Source: Pedobacter sp. (GTDB taxonomy: Bacteria > Desulfobacterota > Desulfuromonadia > Desulfuromonadales > Syntrophotaleaceae). From it: DNA of 64,000 nucleotides. Both the position numbers and the translations under genes were made by a program. The notes beneath the pieces are model-generated. The model had not been told where the DNA came from. It worked only from the letters and a program-made list of their open reading frames with translations, and searched no databases. The stretch covers positions 448,001 through 512,000 of the forward strand of contig JBFWJC010000001.1 in NCBI GenBank assembly GCA_050253415.1, in the 5' to 3' direction. Positions 30,396 through 40,342 of this stretch are shown here, in pieces (position 1 is the first letter of the stretch; every line of letters starts with the position of its first letter).

Positions 30396-32066
30396 ATGTT
30401 TGACAAAAAATCGCTGATTGAGAATCTCACGGGGGTTAATTCCTCGAAGCTGAATTATTACGTTGAGCTCAAGAAGCGGAATGCGGAAATTCTCAAGCAG
30501 AACAGTCGGCTCGAGATCCTCCATCAGCTTTCCAGGGACATCAATCTGGAAATGTCGACCGAAGACATGATCGAGCGGGCCTATCGGCAATTGCATCATG
30601 CGTTGCCCTGCGATTTTCTGGCCCTGGCGATGTTTCGTGACGATACCCTGAGTATGCGCGCGGTCATGCCGTTGAAGCCGTCGCGACTGCCGACCATTTC
30701 TCCCGATTCGTTTGTCTGGGATGCTGTCGAGTCGGGGCAGGCCTGCGTGCTTGAACCGGTGGATGTTACGGATCCTTTTTTTGAGGCCTACCCGGAACTG
30801 GCCAGGGATCTGCGGTGCATGGCTATTGCGCCACTGTACAAACGGGCCGCGGTGCACGGCCTGCTGCTGGTGGGAAGTACCCAGAAGCATGCCTATGCCA
30901 GGGAAGAACTCGGTTTCCTGCAGCACCTGGCGGACCATTTGACCATCAGTATCCAGAACTCCCGTCTTTACAAGGAAGTCTCCAGGGCCCAGCAAGGCTG
31001 GGAGGCTACCTTCAAGGCCGTTACCGACCCCATTTTGTTGCTCGATCTGGATTACAATATCCTGCTGGACAATGGGCGGCAGATGCCGGAGATGTCTTCA
31101 GAACATTGCAATTACCAGGGGATGAAATGCTATACGCGCCTATATGGTCGCGATGTGCCCTGTGAAGAGTGTCCCATGGCAACCCTGCTGAAGGATCCCA
31201 AGCCGGTCTTCAAACGTCTTGAAACCGATACCGGTTTGGTATTGGATCTGTTCTACTACCCGGTGCTGGACGAAAATCGCCGACTGACCGCCATTACCCA
31301 TATCATCAAGGATGTCACCCAGAAGACCAACATGGAGGCCAAGCTGCTCCATTCGGCACGGCTGGCGGCAATTGGAGAAATGGCGGCCGGAGTGGCCCAT
31401 GAACTCAATAGTCCCATGACCGTTATTATCGGCACGGCGCAACTTATCCACCGGGAATTTGAAGATCAGAAGGAGATCCGCGAACCGCTGGAAGATATCG
31501 TCAATTGCGGCTTGCGCTGTAAACGTATCATTCAGAACCTTTTGACCTTTTCCCGTCAGGATCACCTGCCGATGGCGGAAACCGATCTCAATGAAGAGAT
31601 CGAAAGAGTGCTGCACCTGATTTATTACCAGATCGACCGGAATCAGATCACGATTCGCAAGAATCTCGACGCAAATCTGCCTCTCACCAAAGCCAACGGT
31701 CGTCAAATTCAGCAGGTTTTGACCAATTTGCTGATCAATGCCAGGGATGCCGTGGCCGGGGTCGACCGCGAGAGGATTATTGAGGTAAACTCCCGTTCAG
31801 AAAAGATTAACGATGGACAGTGGATCGTTATCTCTGTTAAAGACAACGGCATAGGTATTCCTGCCAAAAATCTGCAGCGGGTTTTTACGCCGTTTTATAC
31901 CAGTAAGGAAGAAACCAAAGGTACCGGCCTGGGGCTTTCGGTAAGCCTTGGTATTGCCGAAGCGCACGGGGGCTCCCTGGAAGTAGAAAGTACCTACGGC
32001 GAAGGAAGTTGTTTTTCTCTGCGACTGCCGGTCCGAAAAGGGCCTGCTTACGATCTTAATAATTAA
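30396..32066 (+). CDS. Cytoplasmic sensor histidine kinase (GAF-PAS-HisKA-HATPase)
   Basis: AHELNSP H-box, NLLINARDA, DNGIGI, GTGLGL; no transmembrane segment. Confidence 0.92.
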   Translation: MFDKKSLIENLTGVNSSKLNYYVELKKRNAEILKQNSRLEILHQLSRDINLEMSTEDMIERAYRQLHHALPCDFLALAMFRDDTLSMRAVMPLKPSRLPTISPDSFVWDAVESGQACVLEPVDVTDPFFEAYPELARDLRCMAIAPLYKRAAVHGLLLVGSTQKHAYAREELGFLQHLADHLTISIQNSRLYKEVSRAQQGWEATFKAVTDPILLLDLDYNILLDNGRQMPEMSSEHCNYQGMKCYTRLYGRDVPCEECPMATLLKDPKPVFKRLETDTGLVLDLFYYPVLDENRRLTAITHIIKDVTQKTNMEAKLLHSARLAAIGEMAAGVAHELNSPMTVIIGTAQLIHREFEDQKEIREPLEDIVNCGLRCKRIIQNLLTFSRQDHLPMAETDLNEEIERVLHLIYYQIDRNQITIRKNLDANLPLTKANGRQIQQVLTNLLINARDAVAGVDRERIIEVNSRSEKINDGQWIVISVKDNGIGIPAKNLQRVFTPFYTSKEETKGTGLGLSVSLGIAEAHGGSLEVESTYGEGSCFSLRLPVRKGPAYDLNN

Positions 32067-32085
32067 ACCCAAAGGTGGTGTAATC

Positions 32086-33624
32086 TTGTCAAAGGTAAAC
32101 ATCCTGATCATCGATGACGAGGAATCGGTCTGTACCTTTTTTCGTCGTCTGCTGCAAAGGAAAGGGTACCGGACCGTTTCCGCGGTAAATGAAGAGGAAG
32201 CTTTGCGGGCACTGGACTATGGCAAGTTCAATGTGGCTATGGTCGATCTCAAGTTGCCCGATACCGACGGTCTTACCTTGCTGAAACATATAAAGACCCG
32301 CCAACCCTCCTGTGAAGTCATCATCATGACCGGTTTCAGCACGATTAAAACGGCCGTGGAGGCAATGCAACTGGGTGCTTACGAATATCTAGAAAAACCC
32401 TTTGAAGATATCAAGCTTATCGAAAAGCTCATTGAAAAGGCCTCGGCTGTTAGCAGCCAGGGGCGCAAGGAAGAAGAGGAAGAGTGGGGAGACCTGGCCA
32501 AGTCGATCGGATTCCTGGTCGGATCCTGTCCGGAGATGCGGCACCTGGTTTCCCTGGCCTACAAAATCGCTCCCAAGGATATAAGTGTCCTTATTCAGGG
32601 GGAAACCGGCACCGGTAAGGAAGTATTGGCACGCTTCATTCACACGGCGTCAACCCGCACCGAGCAGATGTTCATCCCCATCAACTGCGGGGCTTTGTCC
32701 GATAATCTGCTTGAAAGTGAGCTTTTCGGTCATGAACGCGGGTCTTTTACCGGCGCCGGCAACATGCGCCGGGGTATCTTCGAGATGGCTAACAAGGGTA
32801 CCTTGTTTCTGGATGAGATCGGCGAAGCGAGTCTGTCGATTCAGGTCAAGTTGCTGCGCGTGCTGGAAACCGGAGAATTCATGCGCCTGGGTGGGGAAAA
32901 GCAGATTCATTGCGATGTGCGCGTCATTTCGGCTTCCAACGTTGACCTGGAAGACGCCATGCTGCAGCGTGAGTTTCGCGAGGACCTTTTCTATCGCTTG
33001 AATGTTGTTAAACTCGTGATCCCGCCGCTTCGTTCCCGCACCGAAGATATCCCGATGCTGGCCAAATATTTCGTCAAACAGTTCAACCCGACCTTGACCC
33101 TGTCCGAGGAAATCCTGACCCTGCTTTGTCAGTATGACTGGCCGGGAAATATCCGCGAGCTGTCCAATACCCTGCGGCAGGCGGTGGCACTGTGCGACGG
33201 CAAAGTCATTCTGCCGGAACATTTTTCCGGCAAGCTGACCGCCAGCAAGCCCCGGCCTTTGCATAATGGTCAAAGCGCCGTGTCTGCCCCGGCGGCCGCC
33301 GCAGCGACCGAATGTTCCCCGCCGCCGCTGGAAAGATTTTGGGAGAACTACGGCACCCCTGAGGCCCTGTCCCAGCTTTCAGATGGTGAGCTTGCTCAAC
33401 TGCTGCACTCACTGCGGGGACTCGAATCGAATCTCCATGCGGTGATGCGCAAAAAAGGATTGTCTTCGGAAGGCAGTGAGGCGTTGCGGGATTCGGAAGC
33501 GGCCTCCATCCAGCGGACCCTGTTGCAGCATCGCTGGAACATCACCGAGACAGCCCGCGCTTTGGGCATTGCACGCAATACTTTGCATCGTAAGATCAAA
33601 AAATACGGTTTGCAGAACCAGTAA
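32086..33624 (+). CDS. Sigma54-dependent response regulator (NtrC/AtoC family)
   Basis: REC domain (IIDDE, DLKLP), GETGTGKE, GSFTGA, FLDEIGE, WPGNIREL, Fis-type HTH. Confidence 0.95.
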   Translation: MSKVNILIIDDEESVCTFFRRLLQRKGYRTVSAVNEEEALRALDYGKFNVAMVDLKLPDTDGLTLLKHIKTRQPSCEVIIMTGFSTIKTAVEAMQLGAYEYLEKPFEDIKLIEKLIEKASAVSSQGRKEEEEEWGDLAKSIGFLVGSCPEMRHLVSLAYKIAPKDISVLIQGETGTGKEVLARFIHTASTRTEQMFIPINCGALSDNLLESELFGHERGSFTGAGNMRRGIFEMANKGTLFLDEIGEASLSIQVKLLRVLETGEFMRLGGEKQIHCDVRVISASNVDLEDAMLQREFREDLFYRLNVVKLVIPPLRSRTEDIPMLAKYFVKQFNPTLTLSEEILTLLCQYDWPGNIRELSNTLRQAVALCDGKVILPEHFSGKLTASKPRPLHNGQSAVSAPAAAAATECSPPPLERFWENYGTPEALSQLSDGELAQLLHSLRGLESNLHAVMRKKGLSSEGSEALRDSEAASIQRTLLQHRWNITETARALGIARNTLHRKIKKYGLQNQ

Positions 33625-33651
33625 TGTGTTTGGCGGGCTAACCCGATATTA

Positions 33652-33693
33652 AAACGCAAAAACCCCCGATTATGTCGGGGGTTTTTTGCGTTT
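33652..33693. terminator. Bidirectional terminator between the regulator and rnfE
   Basis: AAACGCAAAAACCCCCGA / TCGGGGGTTTTTTGCGTTT. Confidence 0.85.
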
Positions 33694-33707
33694 CAAGGGG
33701 AGACGTG

Positions 33708-34316
33708 TCAGTTGCCGGTTGCGGGAGGTTTGCGACCTGGCAAGCTGTTGATTGCGGCCAGCAGGAATCCCAGAGCCAGAAACGCGCCGGGCGGCAGGAC
33801 CATCAGCAGCATGGGATGAAAGACGGAGCCAAGCAGCGGCAGGCCGAACAGTTGCCCCGCGCCAAGCAGTTCCCTGACAGCTCCGAGCGATACCAGCGCC
33901 AGGGTGAAACCGAACCCCATGCCTGCGCCATCGGCTATCGAAACCAGAATCGGCTGTCGCGAAGCAAAGGCTTCTGCCCGGCCCAGAATAAGGCAATTGA
34001 CCACGATCAAGGGGATGAAAATTCCCAGAGCCTGGTACAACGCGAAAGCATAGGCCTCCATCACCAGTTGCACCACGGTGACAAAGGTTGCGATCACCAC
34101 GATAAATGCCGGGATGCGTACTTTTCCCGGGATGATGCGCCGTATGGCCGATATCGCCACATTGGAGCACAGCAGTACAAAGGTGGTGGCCAATCCCATG
34201 CCCAGTCCGTTCTTGGCGCTGGTGGTCACCGCCAGGGTTGGGCACATGCCGAGCACCAGCCTGAAAATAGCGTTGTTGCTCCACAATCCTCGAAGGAATA
34301 CATCGGCAGGTCTCAT
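33708..34316 (-). CDS. rnfE: Rnf complex subunit E
   Basis: LGMCPTLAVT, IPLIVVNC, GRAEAFA, LPPGAF. Confidence 0.93.
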   Translation of the reverse strand: MRPADVFLRGLWSNNAIFRLVLGMCPTLAVTTSAKNGLGMGLATTFVLLCSNVAISAIRRIIPGKVRIPAFIVVIATFVTVVQLVMEAYAFALYQALGIFIPLIVVNCLILGRAEAFASRQPILVSIADGAGMGFGFTLALVSLGAVRELLGAGQLFGLPLLGSVFHPMLLMVLPPGAFLALGFLLAAINSLPGRKPPATGN

Positions 34317-34918
34317 GGTTGCCCCCCGGGATCGGCGAGGATTATCGCCTTGTGGCGGAGGTAGCCCTCCAAGCCGGCGGACAGGGCTTCAACCACTGCC
34401 CGCGAGGAGATGGTGGCCCCGCTGATTTGATCGAAATCCCCCCCGTCCTTGGTTACTTTCCAGCGTGAGGCAGACAGTCCCTTGCCCATAAATTGGGCCC
34501 GGAAGGGTTCTTCTTCAACGCGGTTGCCCAGCCCGGGCGTTTCATTTTGCTGCAGAATTTCCAGACCGAGCAGTTCGCCGCCGGGTGCAACCCCCACCAT
34601 CATGCGGATCGGGCCACCATAGCCGTTGGCCGCCACAACCTGAAAAGCTATCCCTACGATCTGTCCCCGGCGGCGTCCTCGATAGTAGGTGGTCGGTGGC
34701 GACGGGGCTCCGGCGGATGCTTGCATCGCCGGGGTTACGGCATCCCGGTCCGGGGCGTTGTCGACCTCGGGCAGCACTGCCTGCAAAGCTTGTTGCTGCT
34801 GACGGCGGTATTGTTCCGTTATCGGCTGACGCGTGCAGCGCTCGGTTGTCCCCAATACCAGTCCGGATAAAGCGGTTATCAACGTCAACACCAGTACATA
34901 ACGCAATCGATCATTCAT
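34313..34918 (-). CDS. rnfG: Rnf complex subunit G
   Basis: GYGG, ETPGLG, ISGATISS FMN site; ATGA overlap with rnfD stop. Confidence 0.9.
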   Translation of the reverse strand: MNDRLRYVLVLTLITALSGLVLGTTERCTRQPITEQYRRQQQQALQAVLPEVDNAPDRDAVTPAMQASAGAPSPPTTYYRGRRRGQIVGIAFQVVAANGYGGPIRMMVGVAPGGELLGLEILQQNETPGLGNRVEEEPFRAQFMGKGLSASRWKVTKDGGDFDQISGATISSRAVVEALSAGLEGYLRHKAIILADPGGQP

Positions 34919-35919
34919 ATCAGCTCCCTGCCGCGATCCATGCCAAAAGGCCGCGGCACCACGTAACGATCGATCAAGGGGGTCACGGCGTTCATGAGCA
35001 GAATGGAAAATGCGACCCCCTCGGGGTAGCTGCCGAACAGACGGATCAACACTGTAAACAGTCCGCACCCGCACCCGAACAGCAACATGCCCCTGGTGGT
35101 CAGGGGGGAGGTTACCAGGTCCGTTGCCATATAGCAGGCTCCCAGCATCAGCCCCCCGGAAACCAGCTGAAACGCAGGATGGGGGTAGCGACTGGGATCG
35201 ATAAGCCAGAATAGTCCGGACAATACGGTCACCGTGCCGAGGTAGCTTGCCGGGATATGCCAGCTGATAACACCCCTCCAGAGCAGAAACAGGGCGCCGA
35301 GTAACAGAACCACAGCCGAAACCTCGCCCAGGCAGCCGGGCATGTTGCCCAGCAGATAACGGCCGGAAAACCCGCTGATGTGCTGGGGCAGTTGGCCGGA
35401 GAGCATTACCGCGCTCTGGCTTTCGCTCAAGGGGGTGGCAGCGGTTATCGCATCTGCCAGAAACCGTCCAGGTTGCGGGGCGGTCCAGTGCGTCATGGCG
35501 GAGGGGAACGAAATCAGCAGGACAATCCGGGCAACCAGCGCCGGGTTGAAAGGATTATGCCCCAGTCCTCCGAACACCTGTTTTCCGACCACAATGGCAA
35601 GCGCTGCGCCCAGCAACGACAGCCACCAGGGGCTCGAAGCGGGAAGGTTGAAGGCGACCAGCAGGCCGGTCAACGCTGCACTGCCGTCCCGAACGGTTAT
35701 CGGTTGATCGGCCACTTTTTGCCACAAAGCTTCAATTGCCACCGAGCCCACCACACATATCAGTAACACGCGCAGGGCCGGCAAGCCGAACAAATAGATG
35801 GACGTAGCCGCTGCCGGCAGCAGGGCCAGCAACACAGCGCCCATCATCCCTCGGGTGGTCAGACCTGTATGCAGATGGGGAGATGGAGAGACGATCAGCA
35901 ATGGTGTCCGGGGCTCCAT
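34915..35919 (-). CDS. rnfD: Rnf complex subunit D
   Basis: SPSPH, KQVFGGLGHNPFNPA, DAITAATPL, MATD. Confidence 0.92.
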   Translation of the reverse strand: MEPRTPLLIVSPSPHLHTGLTTRGMMGAVLLALLPAAATSIYLFGLPALRVLLICVVGSVAIEALWQKVADQPITVRDGSAALTGLLVAFNLPASSPWWLSLLGAALAIVVGKQVFGGLGHNPFNPALVARIVLLISFPSAMTHWTAPQPGRFLADAITAATPLSESQSAVMLSGQLPQHISGFSGRYLLGNMPGCLGEVSAVVLLLGALFLLWRGVISWHIPASYLGTVTVLSGLFWLIDPSRYPHPAFQLVSGGLMLGACYMATDLVTSPLTTRGMLLFGCGCGLFTVLIRLFGSYPEGVAFSILLMNAVTPLIDRYVVPRPFGMDRGRELI

Positions 35920-35920
35920 G

Positions 35921-37234
35921 TCAGATTCTCCTGCGTCGGGCCAGAATGGCACCTTTGGCATAACGGATCGATTGTACCAGCGGGATGTTAGCCGGACAGA
36001 TAAAGGAACAGCTGCCACACTCGATGCAGTTGCGCGCAGCGAAGCGTTCCGCCAGTTCCAGCTCGTCACGGCGGGCAAAGTCGGCAATGAAGGTCGGTTG
36101 CAGGTTCATAGGGCAGGCGTTCACGCAGCGGCCGCATCGCACGCAAGGGCCAGCAGTGGTGGTGGGTAAATCCTGCCGACGGAATGCCAGCACCCCGCTG
36201 GTTCCACGCACCACCGGTACTGCGGGGGTATGTTGCGCGGAGCCCATCATCGGTCCACCGAGGATGACCATGGCCGGCTCTTCAGTGACTCCGCAATGTT
36301 CCAGCAGATGGGCCACCGGAGTGCCGATGCGAACCCGCAGGTTCTGGGGGCGCACAACCGCGGGACCGCTGATCGTTACCATCCGTTCGATGAGGGGGCG
36401 CCCCCGCGTCACGGCATCGGTGAGAGCGGCGATGGTGCCGACATTCTGTACCAGCACCCCCACGTCCATAGGCAAGCCGCGCGCCGGTACCCGCCTTCCG
36501 GTCACGGCGTAGATAAGCTGCCGTTCGGCGCCCTGGGGATACTTGGTGGGCAGTACTGCCAACCCGATACCCCGTTTCTGGCAGTGCGGTGCCAGCAGCC
36601 TGGCCACGTCGGGCTGGTTGTCTTCAAGGCCGATATAGGCGTGGTCGGCACCGGATACTTCCTGCAAAATCTCCAGCCCGGTCAGAACCTTTTCCGTCTG
36701 TTCCAGCAGCACCCGGCGATCAGCTGTCAGCCAGGGTTCGCATTCAACCGCGTTGACGATCACCGTATCGATGACCTTGCCCTGCGGTGGATCGAGTTTG
36801 ACATGGGTCGGGAATGCGGCGCCGCCCATGCCGACCACCCCCGCCTCACGGATGCGCTCCAACATGGCCTCGACGCTTAAAACGTGAAAACTCTGTTTTT
36901 GATATTCATCGGCCCACGCGTCGGCACCATCCGGTTGCAATACCACCGCCGGAAGATCTGCGCCGCAAGGATGGGGCCGCGGCTCCACGGCGGTAACCAG
37001 TCCGGAGGTCGAAGCATGCACCGGCACCGAGACAAATCCATTTGCCCGTCCCACCAGCTGTCCCCGTGCTACCCGCTGGCCGGCGGTAACGCAAGGCAGT
37101 GCCGGGGCCCCGACATGTTGGGCCAGCGGAATGACCAGCTCGGCAGGCAGGGGGCAGATCTCGCTAGGCGCGTCAGCTGTAGCGGTTTTATGTCCTGGCG
37201 GGTGTGTGCCCCCGGGAAAGCTGCGGCGGATCAT
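35921..37234 (-). CDS. rnfC: Rnf complex subunit C
   Basis: GMGGAAFPTHVK, ECEP, YPQGAE, two CxxCxxCxxxCP motifs. Confidence 0.95.
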   Translation of the reverse strand: MIRRSFPGGTHPPGHKTATADAPSEICPLPAELVIPLAQHVGAPALPCVTAGQRVARGQLVGRANGFVSVPVHASTSGLVTAVEPRPHPCGADLPAVVLQPDGADAWADEYQKQSFHVLSVEAMLERIREAGVVGMGGAAFPTHVKLDPPQGKVIDTVIVNAVECEPWLTADRRVLLEQTEKVLTGLEILQEVSGADHAYIGLEDNQPDVARLLAPHCQKRGIGLAVLPTKYPQGAERQLIYAVTGRRVPARGLPMDVGVLVQNVGTIAALTDAVTRGRPLIERMVTISGPAVVRPQNLRVRIGTPVAHLLEHCGVTEEPAMVILGGPMMGSAQHTPAVPVVRGTSGVLAFRRQDLPTTTAGPCVRCGRCVNACPMNLQPTFIADFARRDELELAERFAARNCIECGSCSFICPANIPLVQSIRYAKGAILARRRRI

Positions 37235-38079
37235 GGTGTCGAACGCTCCCTGGCTGAAGGCGGCGTGGGCAAGGTCTGGTTGTTGCCCTGTTCGTCAAGA
37301 TTCAGAATGCAGTGATGGGGGCAGCGCGCTATCGCTTCGGCCATGGTGGATGGTTCGCCGTAGCCGTAGCGGACTTGCGCCAGAAAACTGTCCATGACAA
37401 AGCTCTCCGGAGCTGTCCGCACGCAGAGACGGCAACCGAGGCAGCCTACGCTGCAGTAGCTTTTCACCTTGGAAGCACTCTCACGGCTGTTGCACAGTAC
37501 CTGAATCGACTCGGTTGCCGGGGCCAATGCCAGCACCTGGCGTGGACAGATCGTCACGCACAGGCCACAGCCGGTACAACGGCTGCGATCCACGTTGGCC
37601 AGGCCACGGGCATCGATGGACAGGGCGTCAAATGGGCAATGCTGTACGCAACTGCCCAAACCCAGACAACCCGCAGGACAGAGCTTGGGCCCGCGGGCCA
37701 GCTTTTGCGCGGCCCGACAATCCTGCAGTCCCTGATATTCGTACTTGAGCCGGGCATGCTGCAGATCGCCCTGGCAGCGCGCCACGGCAATCTGGGGTGG
37801 TCGTTCGGTAACCGCCACACCAAGAATTGTGGCGATGCGCTTCAGTGTTTCCGCTCCGCCCGGTCTGCACAAGTCAGGCTTGGCCGTGCCGGCCACCAGC
37901 GCACGCGCGTAAGCATCGCAGCCGGGAAAGCCGCAGGCTCCGCAATTGGCCCCTGCCAGAACCTCCATCAGCGCCACCTGCCGGGGATCGACGGTGACCG
38001 CAAAACGGCGTGCCGCCATCCCCAACAACAGAGCCGCCACGCATCCCAGACTTCCCAGGCAGATCACCGCAGCCATCAT
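37231..38079 (-). CDS. rnfB: Rnf complex subunit B
   Basis: N-terminal membrane anchor, NCGACGFPGC, several ferredoxin-type Cys motifs. Confidence 0.92.
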   Translation of the reverse strand: MMAAVICLGSLGCVAALLLGMAARRFAVTVDPRQVALMEVLAGANCGACGFPGCDAYARALVAGTAKPDLCRPGGAETLKRIATILGVAVTERPPQIAVARCQGDLQHARLKYEYQGLQDCRAAQKLARGPKLCPAGCLGLGSCVQHCPFDALSIDARGLANVDRSRCTGCGLCVTICPRQVLALAPATESIQVLCNSRESASKVKSYCSVGCLGCRLCVRTAPESFVMDSFLAQVRYGYGEPSTMAEAIARCPHHCILNLDEQGNNQTLPTPPSARERSTP

Positions 38080-38092
38080 GGCAGTATCGCTT

Positions 38093-38674
38093 TCAATTCG
38101 GCACCAGGCCGGCAAACCCCATAAAGGCCAGCGCCAGCAATCCGGCGGTGATCAATTCGATAGGGGTGCCGCGAAAAAACCTGGGCACGGGGCAAAGGGT
38201 CAATCGTTCGCGCAGGCCGGCATACAGCACCATGGCAAGGGTAAAGCCAAGCGCGGCGCCAAACGCGAAGACCAGGCTCTGCACAAAACTGTAGTTTCGC
38301 TGGATATTCAGTACCGCCAGCCCCAGAACCGCGCAATTCGTGGTAATCAGAGGCAGGAAAATGCCCAGGGATTGATACAGAACCGGTGAGGATTTACGCA
38401 CGATCATTTCCACCATCTGCACCAGCGTGGCGATGACCAGAATAAAAGCAATGGTTTGCAGGTAATCGAGGTTGAAAGGGGTCAGCACCAGATACTGCAG
38501 CAACCAGGTACAGGCGCTCGCAACCACCATCACAAAGGTCACGGCCATGCCCATACCGAGGGCTGTTTCCACCTTTTTGGAGACGCCCAGAAAAGGGCAT
38601 AAACCGAGAAACCTTGCCAACACGAAGTTGTTGACGAAGACTGCTCCGACCATGATTAACAGCAGGCTTTTCAT
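38093..38674 (-). CDS. rnfA: Rnf complex subunit A
   Basis: [23 protein letters not shown]. Confidence 0.95.
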   Translation of the reverse strand: MKSLLLIMVGAVFVNNFVLARFLGLCPFLGVSKKVETALGMGMAVTFVMVVASACTWLLQYLVLTPFNLDYLQTIAFILVIATLVQMVEMIVRKSSPVLYQSLGIFLPLITTNCAVLGLAVLNIQRNYSFVQSLVFAFGAALGFTLAMVLYAGLRERLTLCPVPRFFRGTPIELITAGLLALAFMGFAGLVPN

Positions 38675-38875
38675 GAAATCTCCCAGACCGGCAACATGCT
38701 CGATCAACCGACCGTTAGCTTATCGCAGTCGAAATGACGAAGCAATTTCTAATTTATTCCGGAGCACGACAGGTTTGGGCATTTCCTTTCTTGACAGTGA
38801 TCAGGTCGCGTGATAGTCAAAAACCTTGAATACCAGTCCAATCGTTTTTAACCCCACCATCAGGAAAGATTTCCC

Positions 38876-40159
38876 ATGCCCTATTCGCAATCCGCCCTGC
38901 TTTTCGAACGCGCCCGCAAGGTTATCCCTGGCGGCGTCAACAGCCCGGTTCGCGCTTTCAAGGCTGTCGGCCTTCACCCCTTGTTTATCGAAAGAGCCGA
39001 AGGCAGCGCCCTTTTCGATGCCGACGGCAATCGCTATATCGACTATGTCGGTTCCTGGGGACCGATGATCGTCGGTCACAGCCATCCAAAGGTGGTCGAA
39101 GCCATTCGGACGGCTGCCGGTCGCGGTACTTCTTACGGCGCACCCACCGCGCTGGAAATCGAACTGGCCGAGCAGGTCTGCGCCGCCTTTGCGAATATTG
39201 AAAGCGTGCGCATGGTATCCTCAGGTACCGAGGCGACCATGAGTGCCATCCGCCTGGCGCGCGGCTTTACCGGTCGCGACAAGATCCTCAAATTCGAGGG
39301 TTGCTACCATGGCCATGCCGACAGCCTGCTGGTTGCCGCCGGTAGTGGCGTCGCCACCTTCGGGATTCCTGCCTCCCCCGGAGTGCCGGCGGACTTCGCC
39401 AAACATACCTTGACGGCACCCTATAACGATCTGGCCACCGTCAAGGCGCTGGTCGACGAACACAAAGCCGACCTGGCGGCGATCATCCTCGAGCCGATCG
39501 CCGGCAACATGGGATGTATCCCGCCGCAACCGGGTTTTCTGGAAGGTTTGCGACAGTTGTGCGACGCACACGGTGTACTGCTGATCATCGACGAGGTCAT
39601 GACCGGCTTTCGCGTTGCTTACGGCGGCGCCCAGCAACTCTACGGCGTTAATGGCGACCTTGTTTGCCTGGGCAAGATCATCGGCGGCGGGCTACCGGTC
39701 GGTGCTTTTGGCGGCCGCCGCGACATTATGCAGCGGTTGGCACCGGACGGTGATGTCTATCAGGCCGGTACCCTGTCGGGCAATCCCCTGGCCATGAGTG
39801 CGGGGCTGGCAACCTTGAAGCTGCTGCGCGAAGAGGGTGTCTACCAGCAGCTTGAGGAGCGTAGCGTCTATCTGGCTGAAGGGCTGCGTCAGGCGGCCCA
39901 GGCTGCCGGAGTGCCTGCCTGTCTGCAACGGGTCGGCAGCATGTTCTGCAACTACTTCCAGTCCGGTCCGGTGACCTCCTTTGCCGAAGCCAAGACCAGC
40001 GATACCGAGGCGTTTGCAACCTTCTTCGGTCTGATGCTGGAGAACGGCGTGCATCTGGCACCGTCCCAGTTTGAAGCCGGCTTCGTCAGTCTGGCGCATT
40101 CCCGGCAGGATCTCGACCGTACCATCGAGGCGGCGCATCGTTCTTTGAAGGCTCTTTGA
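38876..40159 (+). CDS. hemL: Glutamate-1-semialdehyde 2,1-aminomutase
   Basis: [43 protein letters not shown]. Confidence 0.97.
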   Translation: MPYSQSALLFERARKVIPGGVNSPVRAFKAVGLHPLFIERAEGSALFDADGNRYIDYVGSWGPMIVGHSHPKVVEAIRTAAGRGTSYGAPTALEIELAEQVCAAFANIESVRMVSSGTEATMSAIRLARGFTGRDKILKFEGCYHGHADSLLVAAGSGVATFGIPASPGVPADFAKHTLTAPYNDLATVKALVDEHKADLAAIILEPIAGNMGCIPPQPGFLEGLRQLCDAHGVLLIIDEVMTGFRVAYGGAQQLYGVNGDLVCLGKIIGGGLPVGAFGGRRDIMQRLAPDGDVYQAGTLSGNPLAMSAGLATLKLLREEGVYQQLEERSVYLAEGLRQAAQAAGVPACLQRVGSMFCNYFQSGPVTSFAEAKTSDTEAFATFFGLMLENGVHLAPSQFEAGFVSLAHSRQDLDRTIEAAHRSLKAL

Positions 40160-40177
40160 TTTTTTAATTTCAAGATC

Positions 40178-40222
40178 ACGGGGGCGTATCCGGGAGTTCT
40201 TCCCCGGGGCGTCCCCGTTTCT
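40178..40222 (+). terminator. Terminator-like hairpin after hemL
   Basis: ACGGGGGCG...CGTCCCCGT followed by TTCTT. Confidence 0.55.
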
Positions 40223-40304
40223 TGTCCGACTGTGGCGGGTTCACTGCGTTCAGTATTTCGCCTGTCGGCCGCTCCACTTCAGCTGGGTCACAACAAGGGT
40301 CGCG

Positions 40305-40339
40305 ACGACCAATCACCAGTCACGAATGACGAATGACTT
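40305..40339. repeat. Short heptanucleotide tandem repeat
   Basis: ACGACCA ATCACCA GTCACGA ATGACGA ATGACTT. Confidence 0.6.
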
Positions 40340-40342
40340 GCC

